This document shows, piece after piece, positions 16,820-27,200 of a stretch of DNA of 32,000 nt. Every line of letters starts with the position of its first letter. Positions within the stretch are counted from its first letter, which is position 1. This DNA comes from Amoeboradix gromovi X-113 (taxonomy: Eukaryota; Fungi; Sanchytriomycota). Position numbers and translations under genes: made by a program. The stretch is taken from assembly GCA_018985225.1 (NCBI GenBank), contig JADGIF010000006.1:16058-48057 (forward strand), in the 5' to 3' direction. The notes beneath the pieces are model-generated. The model made no database searches. It saw only the letters and a program-made list of their open reading frames with translations, and was not told the origin of the DNA.

Positions 16820-19800
16820 CTATTTTTTCTTCCTCAAAGTGTGGTACTCTTCATCGGAGTCTTTTACAACTGACAGTCTTTTTAAATCATTACCCACCGG
16901 AGCATTTTTGTTTGACTTCTGCCGAACCAGTGGTAGATCGTTTTCTCCACTGTTAGTTCTTCTTCCCATTATTATTACACCGCCACTTGGTAAACCAGCC
17001 GATTTAGGGCTATGCTCTCCTAAACTAGATGACCGAGTCTTAGTCATTGAATAATCGCTGTAATCCGGACTAGATGTACTGCTGTTTTGTCTGTTAAACT
17101 TCTTATCTTGACTTTGTCCTCGTTCTAACATGACGCTGCGGTCTTGACTAGACTTACGACTTTCCTGCAGCCTCTCCTGACTCGCCCTTCTTTCCTGGCT
17201 TCCATTTCTCCCCTGCATTTGTTGATGAGATGTCCTCTTCTCTTGACTAAGCTCTCTTTTAATTTTACTCTCCTGAATAGCACTTTTGTTTTTAAGGCCC
17301 GATTGCTTATCAACAGGACTAGTAGGCCAGCTCTGGTCACTGTAATTGACCAGTCTTGCATTGACTTTGTCATTTGTTTTTCTGTCCGCGTCAAACTCAT
17401 TCAAGGCATCTTTCAATGAATCAATCGAGGAATCAGATAATGATGCTTTTAACTTTGAAAAAACTGAGGATTGCACCGTAGATATTTTTAGATCTTTTTT
17501 GTTTGCCGGGGTAAATGGATTAGTAGGCGACGGATTGAAATTGGGATTAAAGGGGTTTGAAGGGCTAAAAATATGGATTGTTGTAGCATCTGTAGCAGAT
17601 ATTTTGTTGTAATCCAGCTTGGATCCATCGGTTTTGATAAGTTCAACCTTTGATGGAGACGGTTTAGGTTTAGCATGCTCTGCAGGCTTATTACTTTCAG
17701 GAGGATAAATAATCTCAATTTTGGCAGGTTTAGGTTTATCAGCAGTTACTTTGGGTGTAACAACTTTAGGTTTAAGTTCAGAATCCACATTAGCAACTAT
17801 TCTGGTTTTACGAGCTACTGCTATGCGAGGCGGTGGCTGCGTAATCGGTAATACAGGCGCAACAACTGGTGCTAGATTTTCAGTGCTTTGTTTTAATGTT
17901 AAAGTCTCTGCTGGCAAAATCTTCAGAGAAGTCATTTGATCGAGTTTCAGTCTGGCAGCGTCATTGTCAATAGAATCAGAGTTGTACAACAATTTTGGTG
18001 CGTTTCTTTGTATAGATTTCTTGGGCTCCAGTTTCTTCACAACCTTTAGAGGCTGCTTCGTTAGATCCCTGCTATCTCTACTTGCAGACCTCGAAACAAC
18101 TTTTACAGCACCAGGTTCCTTTTTGATTACGGAAACAGTAAGATTATTCAGATCTTTGTTTATATCACTTAACTCTTCACCATCTAATTTTCTATCTCCA
18201 GAATGCTCTGTATGGGTTTTTAAAGAGTCCTTATCTTTGGTGCTACCCTCGAAATCTGTCCCATCCCGTGTACCTTGTGTATCTTTTTGTTTCCCGTTGG
18301 AATTGTCTCTGTTTTTGACAGCAGAATCATTCTCTAATGTATTGGGTTTCACGGTTTTTTGCAATTCTTTTTGCTTTATTTCGTTTGATTTTATGTTAGC
18401 CTTTGCATCCTTGATGGCTGATTCAGATGCCCTCTTTTTGCTTATGTAATCTTGAGAATCAAATTTGTCAGAGAGTGAAACTTGTTGTTTAAGTGGAGAT
18501 GGGTTGGGAATAGTTTTACTGCGCAGTACAGAAATATCACTAGATGCGCTGGAATCCTCATTTGAGTTGTTTTTTGCGTTTTTCCTTGAGACAACAGGTG
18601 ATTGAGACATCTTAGGATCCTCTACAGCTTCCGAGTCCCGTAAGTATCGATCAAAATTTGAAATTTTTGGCTCTTTTTTAGCTAGCTTAGTACTGGTGTA
18701 GTCTTTTCCAGATACTTCAGTTGTTGCCGCTGCATTTATTGACTTGGCATTATTCTCAGCATCAGCATATCTATTTTCTCTAAAATCTTTAAGTGCGCCA
18801 ATACTAGGTTGTTTAGTCTCTAAATTTGATTGTAACATTTTTAAGTTCTTCGGTTGTAAAGGTCTTGGTTCGGGTGTTTCATCATCTGTTGACGGAGTTG
18901 AACTATTTTTGTTCATTTCAAGCAGGTTTTTTGGGGTTTTATAAGCAGGAATGGACTTTGGATCTACAGAATATTTCTTTGCATCCACAGTAAATGCCAG
19001 GGGTTCGGAATCTGGTTTACGTTTAATTGGACTTTTAAACGAATCATTTTTTGGCGCCAAATCAGGAGACTCTTTAACTAATTGAGCCCTGTTTCTATAA
19101 GACTCTAACACTTCTTTTTCTCTTAACTTCTCCCTCTCAGTCTGTTTCTTGTTACCACTGACCTCCACTGCAGCAGTAGCCTCTTTTTTTTGAGAATTCT
19201 TGTATTTAGATGGCAGGTTATCTGACGAATCCGACGATTTGCCTTTAAGCTCTGGTTCGCGCTTTTGCGTTTCAGTGTTACTTGCTTTAGAGCCTATACC
19301 TTCCTTCGCAAGGCTGCGTCTTAACATTTCATCGGCGCTTAGTACTTTGGCTATAGTTCTTAACACTCTCAATAAATGCGAGGAGTATAAAGTTACTAAG
19401 AAGGCCATTATGGATTCTAACAAGACATAATCAGTTACCATGATATTGTAGCCGGAAGAGTAAAAGAGCTGTAGTATTAGAATAGCAATGCGTATTAGTG
19501 CTAACGCAACAAAAGACAAAAGTGTCGATTTAAACCGGGATTTTATCTTTTTTTGAGATTTGTATTTCGTCAGTAATAAAAATGCATAACTCAAGATGGC
19601 ATGGTCTATTATTATCGGAAATAATACTTGAAATACTAGATCCAGCAGTGGTATATTATGCATTAAGACAGCAGATACGATGAATCCACAAATATTGAAA
19701 ATAGCTAGTAGAGTCAATGCTCTCCTAAGTTGTATACTTTTACGGGTTACAAAAAGCAAAGACCAGTATATTAGCAAGCCAAGTATAATGTAGATGATTT

Positions 19801-20011
19801 TAATTTCTATCCAGAATATGGGACCAGAATAAAAAATACCCAGAACATTCATCACGATTAATAGGATGCAAGGGATTGTCAGATTTGTGCTGAATAACGG
19901 AATGTGGGATCTATTGTTATCCTTGATTAAACTATACAATGATTTGGACGCGAAATAGAATCCGAAGCTCAATAAAACGTAGTCGGCAGGTTTGGCTTTC
20001 AGCTCGACCAT
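16820..20011 (-). CDS. Orphan membrane protein: seven predicted N-terminal TM helices and a ~840-aa low-complexity tail (1063 aa)
   Basis: Long ORF with seven hydrophobic segments in the first ~225 aa, then S/K/D/P-rich sequence. AATAAA after the stop. Family not recognised. Confidence 0.75.
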   Translation of the reverse strand: MVELKAKPADYVLLSFGFYFASKSLYSLIKDNNRSHIPLFSTNLTIPCILLIVMNVLGIFYSGPIFWIEIKIIYIILGLLIYWSLLFVTRKSIQLRRALTLLAIFNICGFIVSAVLMHNIPLLDLVFQVLFPIIIDHAILSYAFLLLTKYKSQKKIKSRFKSTLLSFVALALIRIAILILQLFYSSGYNIMVTDYVLLESIMAFLVTLYSSHLLRVLRTIAKVLSADEMLRRSLAKEGIGSKASNTETQKREPELKGKSSDSSDNLPSKYKNSQKKEATAAVEVSGNKKQTEREKLREKEVLESYRNRAQLVKESPDLAPKNDSFKSPIKRKPDSEPLAFTVDAKKYSVDPKSIPAYKTPKNLLEMNKNSSTPSTDDETPEPRPLQPKNLKMLQSNLETKQPSIGALKDFRENRYADAENNAKSINAAATTEVSGKDYTSTKLAKKEPKISNFDRYLRDSEAVEDPKMSQSPVVSRKNAKNNSNEDSSASSDISVLRSKTIPNPSPLKQQVSLSDKFDSQDYISKKRASESAIKDAKANIKSNEIKQKELQKTVKPNTLENDSAVKNRDNSNGKQKDTQGTRDGTDFEGSTKDKDSLKTHTEHSGDRKLDGEELSDINKDLNNLTVSVIKKEPGAVKVVSRSASRDSRDLTKQPLKVVKKLEPKKSIQRNAPKLLYNSDSIDNDAARLKLDQMTSLKILPAETLTLKQSTENLAPVVAPVLPITQPPPRIAVARKTRIVANVDSELKPKVVTPKVTADKPKPAKIEIIYPPESNKPAEHAKPKPSPSKVELIKTDGSKLDYNKISATDATTIHIFSPSNPFNPNFNPSPTNPFTPANKKDLKISTVQSSVFSKLKASLSDSSIDSLKDALNEFDADRKTNDKVNARLVNYSDQSWPTSPVDKQSGLKNKSAIQESKIKRELSQEKRTSHQQMQGRNGSQERRASQERLQESRKSSQDRSVMLERGQSQDKKFNRQNSSTSSPDYSDYSMTKTRSSSLGEHSPKSAGLPSGGVIIMGRRTNSGENDLPLVRQKSNKNAPVGNDLKRLSVVKDSDEEYHTLRKKK

Positions 20012-20713
20012 ATGATAAGCCACACATTGAAATGGAACAAACAAATTCTTTTGATAATTATAAATGTAGAGTTAACGATATGCAGAAGCAATTAAAGAAA
20101 CAAATGACCTTACCAGGCAATTCTCTTGCTAGAAACTCACAAATTATATGTTGATATCTGGTTATTTATTGTTGCATCTTGTATTTTACTGTCTTGGTTA
20201 AATGTGAATTTATTTAGTTTCCTAAGAAATTTGGAGTTTCTGAGGTGTGTATTACTTTGCGGAGATCATTTTATCAAGTTTTACACATTGGACATCAAAC
20301 GTAAAATTAGATTAATTTTGGAAACTTTGAGCATTGTTTCAAATGTATATAGTCACTCTAAAACATTGTTCAAGTGACCTAAATTACTATGATTGTTGTA
20401 AGTAAATTATTTCAGTATAACAGATATTACTCCTCAAATTTTAGAAATAACGATTAAGAAGAGGACTAGTTACTTGAAAAGAGGCAAGAAGATGAAAGTT
20501 GAAGACCACGGTAAAGTCGAAGATATCAATGATGATGTCGAAGAAAAAGTATTAACAATCGGAATAACTAAGAAGAAATTACCGTTCTGCAAGACTAGAA
20601 TAAGAGATGCGCTTCTTAGACTTTATAAAAATAGACTTCAATTTCTCTTATTCTGAAATTAGACATAAGATAACAAGAAGTTTGATGAACTTTGAGATGA
20701 AGAACATCCATTT

Positions 20714-21198
20714 GGGACATCAAATATAAAAACTGGGCTAACTTTCTGTAACAGCTTTGAACATTATTTCGGCTTTATTAATTTTATGGATTTAAGAGGC
20801 GAGTGGGACATTCAGCTAGTTGCGGAGTTGACGAGTATAAAAGGAAAATAAATATTCTGTACAGCTATTCTCTTACTCTTTCATCCAATCTTTATTTCAA
20901 ATAAAATATCACTACTACTCTGTAAAAACTAGAATAGATAAGAGTAATGATGTTAGTATAACATTACAAAATGACTCTAGAAAAGAGTACCGTCTAAGAA
21001 AATGCACCTTTTGCTTAGATGCTCCAAGACCTCATATATTTGAACGAGATGCAGGGTCTTCTAGTTTTATTTTAAAAAGAGGAATACAATTAATGAGAGA
21101 ATCTTGGCATAATAGAAGATCTTTTATTAATGATAGCATTTCCTCCGTATGGTGCACCTCTAAAAACGAGTTAGTCTAGTTTTTATATTTGGTGTCCC
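20714..21198. mobile_element. MITE with 30-bp terminal inverted repeats (ISL2EU/PIF-Harbinger-like)
   Basis: GGGACATCAAATATAAAAACTGGGCTAACT (20714-20743) versus the reverse complement of 21169-21198, GGGACACCAAATATAAAAACTAGACTAACT: 27/30 match. Flanks are TT and AT. Confidence 0.7.
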
Positions 21199-21549
21199 AT
21201 CAATCAAGAGAAAGCGTAAATTCAAGAAGATTGAAATACTGCAATTGTTTTCACCAAGACCGCAGATATACCACTCAGGCGAATATTTTAAACGGTAACT
21301 ACCAAAGTTGTCTACACTTTGGAATTGCGAGTTCTGAATTCTTACAGGTCTTCCCATTTAATTTGGCTTTACTATTACCGTAAAAGAAAAAGAGTTCGAT
21401 TAACTCTGCAAACCTATCACGAGCATTGACTCCGGGTTATAGCTCGGGTAAACTTCGCAAAGTTTCTATCACTGAATTTTGATGGCTCAGAGCGTGGATC
21501 ATCAATCTCCTGAAAAATGAAACTGAGCTTGTGAAACAAGTTTTTTTGA

Positions 21550-21905
21550 ATGGGAGATTCAACGAAAGGCGCAAAGTTATTTAAAACCAGATGTGCACAA
21601 TGCCATACAGTTGAGAAAGGTGGACCACATAAAGTGGGACCAAATCTGCATGGGTTATTTGGGAGAGTGGCAGGAACTACCGAAGGATGTAAATTTAATT
21701 ATTAATATAGACGGGTATACAGCAGCAAATAAGAACAGTGCAGTAGAATGGGGAGAGAAGACATTGTTTGATTATTTAGAGAATCCTAAAAAATATATTC
21801 CAGGAACCAAAATGGTATTTTAAAGTAATTTAGGCGTTTGCTGGGTTAAAGAAAGCATCTGATCGTGAGGACCTTATTGAGTATTTGAAAGAAAGCACCG
21901 CTTAA
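21550..21905 (+). CDS. CYC1: Cytochrome c, 3 exons (21550-21688, 21711-21814, 21834-21905), 104 aa
   Basis: Spliced translation [104 protein letters not shown], with CxxCH and the axial Met. Confidence 0.97.
21689..21710 (+). other. 22-nt intron 1 of cytochrome c (GTAAATTTAATTATTAATATAG)
   Basis: Removal restores frame and EGYGYTAANK. Confidence 0.93.
21815..21833 (+). other. 19-nt intron 2 of cytochrome c (GTATTTTAAAGTAATTTAG)
   Basis: Removal restores frame and the conserved GTKMAFAGLKK. Confidence 0.93.
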
Positions 21906-22101
21906 ATAATAAATTATTTGTAGTGAACACATTCAGCCCAATTGCAAATTGCTAAGAGATCACTACAAAGTTTCTCGCTCGGATTATCAAAAAGCTGAGC
22001 GTTTTCTATTGAAGCTGTGGCTTAAACACCACTTAAAAAGTCTAATAGTTTGAATGGTATATACGGCCGTTTAGATTCATTTAATTTCAATTTATTTGAT
22101 T

Positions 22102-23448
22102 TCATTCATCATAATCCCAATACTTAACCATTCTATCAAATCCACCAGTATATAACTTGTTTTTCCAGTCTGCACAAGTAATCTTTCCATCATGGGCTTC
22201 TTGTGAGAACTCTAGATTCCAATCATTTTCACTCCATATTTTTACGGTTTGATCAAATGATACCGTCAACAATGCATTTGGATTTCTTAGCTCCTGAGTA
22301 TGTAGCTGCATATGTGATATGTTTTGCGAGTGAGCTGGAATTTCATAAAATTGCTTTAATTGTCGAATATCGTATAATCTTACCACTCGGTCTTCTCCTG
22401 CTGTAAACAACCAAAATCCATTTGGATGCCATAAACTGGTTAATATCCCACCTCGATCATCGTTTAATAAGCTAATGCTTCTTCCTGTTCTCAAATCCCA
22501 TATTCTTCCAATTCCACCCAAATCACCGCTATATAGAAGAGATTCATCGGGGTGCCCACTTACAGTATATACTTCTCTATCGTGCCCTGACTGCTCATAT
22601 ATGCATTTCATGCTATTTGAGTCCCACACTTTTACAAGTTGATCAAAACCACAAGTTATAAAAGTACTGGAATTCAAATGAATTAATTTATTGCATCTTG
22701 AAGAATGCGCCTCTAGTTTTGCTAAAGGATCATCTGATTCAACATTATACATGTAGACAATGCCATCATTCCCACAACTTGAAAAATGAGAAACCGAATC
22801 GTCCAACAAAGCATATGGATTCCAGTTTACAGAGGCAATACGTCCTTGGTGTTCACTGGACTCATATATTCCTATTAGCTCATCATTTCTCAGAGTAGAA
22901 AGTATCAGTTTACCACCCATATCACCTACAACAATTTTGGACTCATCTTGCCCACTAACTTGCAAAGCAGTAATTGGTCTAGAAGTTATCGCTGACGATG
23001 AGATAGGGAGCATCTTTTTGTACTTCTCTTGGTATTTCTTTTGATTATCTTTCCAAACAGAAAGTGGAGTTTGGCTTAACTCCTGTAAATATTCGAGCCT
23101 TTTAGAAGCTAGTTGGAGCGACTTAGTAGCTAAATTCCTTCTAAACATTAGCAAGTGTTTAGATCCGACACTCCAGTATTCTTCGTTGTCATCCGTATCG
23201 TTTTTATTTTTATTTTCAAGAATATATTCTACAGTGAAAGGTAAATTGTTCTTTTTTCTTTGATATAATACTTGTCTCAATTGTTCTTTTCTCTTCTCGG
23301 GAGAACTAAGTGGTACCTCCCTCAGTACATCTAGCACTTTTATCACGATTTTATCATCATTTGGAACTATAATGCTCCGCAGTATAATTCTCTCTTCTAA
23401 CTCTTTCTTTTTTAAAGCTGCTCTTTCCGCTAACGTACCTGTGGACAT
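22102..23448 (-). CDS. PRP4: U4/U6 snRNP WD40 protein Prp4 (PRPF4), 448 aa
   Basis: PRP4 motif VPNDDKIVIKVL, EEYWSVGS..LL..RR.LA..SL..A..RL, and WD repeats EQSGHDREVY, SGDLGGIGRIWDLRTGR, IPAH, GGFDRMVKYW. Confidence 0.9.
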   Translation of the reverse strand: MSTGTLAERAALKKKELEERIILRSIIVPNDDKIVIKVLDVLREVPLSSPEKRKEQLRQVLYQRKKNNLPFTVEYILENKNKNDTDDNEEYWSVGSKHLLMFRRNLATKSLQLASKRLEYLQELSQTPLSVWKDNQKKYQEKYKKMLPISSSAITSRPITALQVSGQDESKIVVGDMGGKLILSTLRNDELIGIYESSEHQGRIASVNWNPYALLDDSVSHFSSCGNDGIVYMYNVESDDPLAKLEAHSSRCNKLIHLNSSTFITCGFDQLVKVWDSNSMKCIYEQSGHDREVYTVSGHPDESLLYSGDLGGIGRIWDLRTGRSISLLNDDRGGILTSLWHPNGFWLFTAGEDRVVRLYDIRQLKQFYEIPAHSQNISHMQLHTQELRNPNALLTVSFDQTVKIWSENDWNLEFSQEAHDGKITCADWKNKLYTGGFDRMVKYWDYDE

Positions 23449-24181
23449 TCTCTGTAAAAAGTAGAGTTGGAATGGAAGGGGTGACAAAAAGAAAGAAAAA
23501 TATCGAAATATAACTAAACTACTGGAAAAGCCCACCAAAAAGCACCCAAAACAACAGTTTTTAGGTTAAACCAAATTTTTACGGTAACAACAGCAAGCTC
23601 GACTATGGATCGGTTTACACAGCTTTTGATGGAAAGATATTGGCAAATATTATGAAATACGATACTAAAGGAACAGCACAAGAAAAATATAAGCATGGTT
23701 ATTATGGCAATGGTAAGCACAGCAGATAAGGCGATTCAGGTAAATCAAACAAGATGTTGGTGATTTCACTTGTTAGAAAGACACTTCTTTTGCTTATTGC
23801 TGAGTTTGGAACCAAAGAAAAAGAAGTGGTAACAAGAAATTACCACCTAAACTCTAAGCGATACATGTAGAACTTTTTAACTGAATGTTGCATTTGATAT
23901 ATGAGACCCATTCTGACAAAATATCCTCATTATCCAAGTAGGAGAAAAGCCTAGAAACTACACTAGGAATCAGACATCTTCATGTCATCAGATGCGAAAA
24001 TTTGTTAGGAATAAGAAGGTATGAACTATGAAGATGATAGACGAAAGAAAGAGATTCAGATGCTGCCTAGTTTGTGAGCAAATCAGGATTACCAACACCA
24101 AGACAGAATATGTAATGGTTATCGGTTGAGATGTTGCAACATATGCTCAATTTTTTGTTTATCGTCCCCTTTGAGAACTGA

Positions 24182-24218
24182 CCAATCAGCGTCCCATGAT
24201 TTTTTTCTACTTATAAAA
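24182..24218 (+). promoter_or_regulatory. CCAAT box and TATA-like element upstream of MOT1
   Basis: GACCAATCAG (CCAAT 24182-24186) and TATAAAA (24212-24218) within 90 nt of ATG 24267. Confidence 0.45.
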
Positions 24219-24266
24219 CGGTCCCATTTCATTGGAAAGTGGGCGTTGAATTTTGAATTCTGAATC

Positions 24267-27200
24267 ATGTCAAAACTCGTGAAACTATTTGGTATTTTGC
24301 AATCAAATCAGCCACTTTCTAATAAAATGCTGGCGAGTGACCAAATAAGTAAAAGTGTGCAAAACCAATATCACTCGATTGGTCAGATTTTGTTACAGTT
24401 GAGCGCCTGTTTATTACATGAGCAAAGTGAGTGCAGATATGTGAGCGAACTGACTTTAGAAAAGATTGTACAGATATGCTACGATCATGAAAAGCATCTA
24501 GAGAGAAACATAATTGGGGACAATGAAAAGTATGATGTGCTGGACTACTTGGAGATATCAGAACCATTATTAGGCCAGCCAGACCATTTCGCGGAGAATG
24601 AGCATGACAATGATGAAATGACTTCCCCATTGACTGGTTCAAGTGATATGGAGCTTATTAATCTCAGTGCAAGGGAAAGAAACAAATTGAAAAGAAAGTT
24701 GAAGCAGAAAACGCCACCTGCGTCTGCATTTCCTAGTCATACAAATGATTCCAAAGACTCAAACACTCTTGTTTTTCAGGCTAAAAAGACTACACAAGCA
24801 GATCCTTTGTTGGGAATTTCCAAATGGGGCTTAGAGCAACTCTTCAGATACCTATTGGCTAACGTTAATAGTCCTTATTGGTTTGTACGTCATGGTGCTC
24901 TGGTAGGTATTCGGAACATACAAAGAGTCGACTTTCAATGGACCCAAGAGGAGTTGCAACATACAATGACAAAGGTCTTCAATGTATTATTGAATGATAA
25001 GTTTACCGATTTTGTTGGTGACCACATTGTATGTCCTGTTCGCGAGGCTTGTGCTCAAGTATTTGGTGCTTGCTGTCAGTTTGCCAAAGATGATTTGTTA
25101 CAGGTCGCTACAAACTGCGCTTTGAAGATGGTTAACGGCGACTATCATAGTAGCGCTACAAACGAGACTAAAAAGAAGCGCAAAATTGTTGATAAGGTAT
25201 CGTGGGATAGCAAACATGCTGGTTTACTCTCTATTCAATACATTCTAGTAACAAGACAAGACAAATGGATGACTCTCTGGTCAAGTTGTGGCCCTGTCGT
25301 CTTGAAAGGCTTAGAAGATGTGGATGACGATGTCCGTAGTATTGCGGCTCAAGCATTGTGCCCAATAATTAAAAAATTAAAGTTTGATTTTGAATTAGAC
25401 ATTATGCAATTACTGCACTTGTTATGGGAAGCCTTATTAGATTTGGATGATTTATCAGCTAGCACTGCATCTATCATGGAGTTACTAAGCACATTGATGG
25501 AGTTGAATCAAGTGCAGGAATATTACAAAGAAAACCCCAAGCAGTTACAAGCCGTTTTACCGCGTATACTGCAGTTCTTTCGTCATGCACTGTACTCTGT
25601 CAGGTTAGCTACATTAAGAGTTATTCACAGTTTGAATAATGTTGATGAATGGGTATCAATTGATTTCATAAACCGCGTTTTTTATAATTTTATTTTAGAG
25701 GACAAAACTGAACTTTTGGACATTAATCTGCAGACATGGAATAGCATGGTTGATCTCTATCCAGATGTCAATAAATACATTCCATTTTGGTTCCAATTAG
25801 CGTTTCATCCTATTGGAATCCCATTCGAGAGTAGATTATTAAATATTTCAATTTCTTCCATTGATACACCCATGGCTCATCAAGATCTCGGTCTAGTTGA
25901 TATGGATGTATTTATACACAACCGGCTTATAATTTGTCAGGCCTTAGCTCATATTTATAATAAAAGTCCGAATTTCAACTTTATCTACCCTTATCTTCAT
26001 TCCAATGTAGCTATCCAATGCCAATATAGTTGTTATCTTTTATCTCTAATGTCCAACTACTCTAAATGGTGCCCTGACGACTTAGTGACACATTTGTTAT
26101 CTTTGCTGTCTAATGATCACTCTATGTATGAAGAAGTCGAAAAAGTAACAAGTCGAGTGTTCAATATTGCCGGCAAGTTATTTACTGAATTAGATTTGCA
26201 ATCCTCCGAAGATTTAAATATTAAATCACCAACAATCCCTCAACTGTTAAATCTTTATCCTAGCCTCCCTGATGTTCCACTTGTTAATAACCTAAAAAAT
26301 GAGTTGGCTTTATTTGATTTAACTGTCAATATCTACAGAATCCGATGTCATTCCATGATTGCTAATATTTTAATCAACATGCAATATGTGCCTGAAAAGA
26401 AGTCTCTGTTGATTAAATCACTTATGAATTCTGTTAAATTTGAAGAGAACTTGGATCTTCAGACTATAAGTTGTTCTTCGTTGATATCTCTTATCAAACT
26501 GATTAAGTCTACAAATCCAAATATTGTGGATAAAATTCTGCTAAACACATGCGCATTTAGTTGCAGCGATCCTTCTATAACTCTTCTACTCAAAGAGTAC
26601 GCTGATAATGAAGATATTCATGCTTTTAATATGATTTTAAAGGAGGATCTGAGCAATAAGAAGCAAAAATCAGAATTCCAGGAATTTAACGTTACCAAGG
26701 TTGAAACAATAACTCGCGGTAGCACACGGGTGTTTGAATTGCTCTTCAAGTCTTTTAAACTGGATGATTTTCCCGTTTTAATACAGCAAATGGAAATTAT
26801 TGAAAACACCAACATTAATCAATCCACCCTGGATGCTTTTCAAATAATTTCAACTATTTGTCCATTTTCAAACTCTCCATTTTTCTTGGATATTTTGCCG
26901 CGTTTTATCAAGTTTGTCGGCCACACTAACACTGCTGTTCGCAACATGGCTGCCAAATGCATTGCCATGGTTTGTAAATACAACACTACAAAGTGCATGT
27001 TGTTTATTAATAGTTCTATCCTTGATCTAATTTCTAGCACAGACACTTGCACTCGTTGTGGAGTTATTGAACTAATCCACTATTTAATCACCTTGCTAAA
27101 CGATGATTTAATTCCTTTCGTTTTGCTGTTTATTTTGCCAGTGATGGGTCGTATGAGCGATTTTAATGATTCAATACGTAAAATGAGTTCCACTTGCTTT

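Noticed and set aside
17351-17363. CAG+TCTTGCATTG as a trans target of the copy D guide inside the 7TM gene
   Set aside because: Only 9 of 10 matches with a seed mismatch and no further pairing; compatible with chance.
16839-19430. Numerous short ORFs overlapping the 7TM gene, and similar ones inside CHS7, RasGEF, QCR2, PRP4, MOT1 and OSCA
   Set aside because: Antisense or alternate-frame shadows of longer, better-supported genes with no recognisable motifs.
20713-21200. GTSNIKT / GTPNIKT read as decayed Walker A motifs
   Set aside because: They lack the GKT glycine, and the two copies are inverted DNA repeats, better explained as TIRs.
21593-21823. ORF-track 76-aa ORF
   Set aside because: Chimera of an off-frame part of exon 1, intron 1 and exon 2 of cytochrome c.
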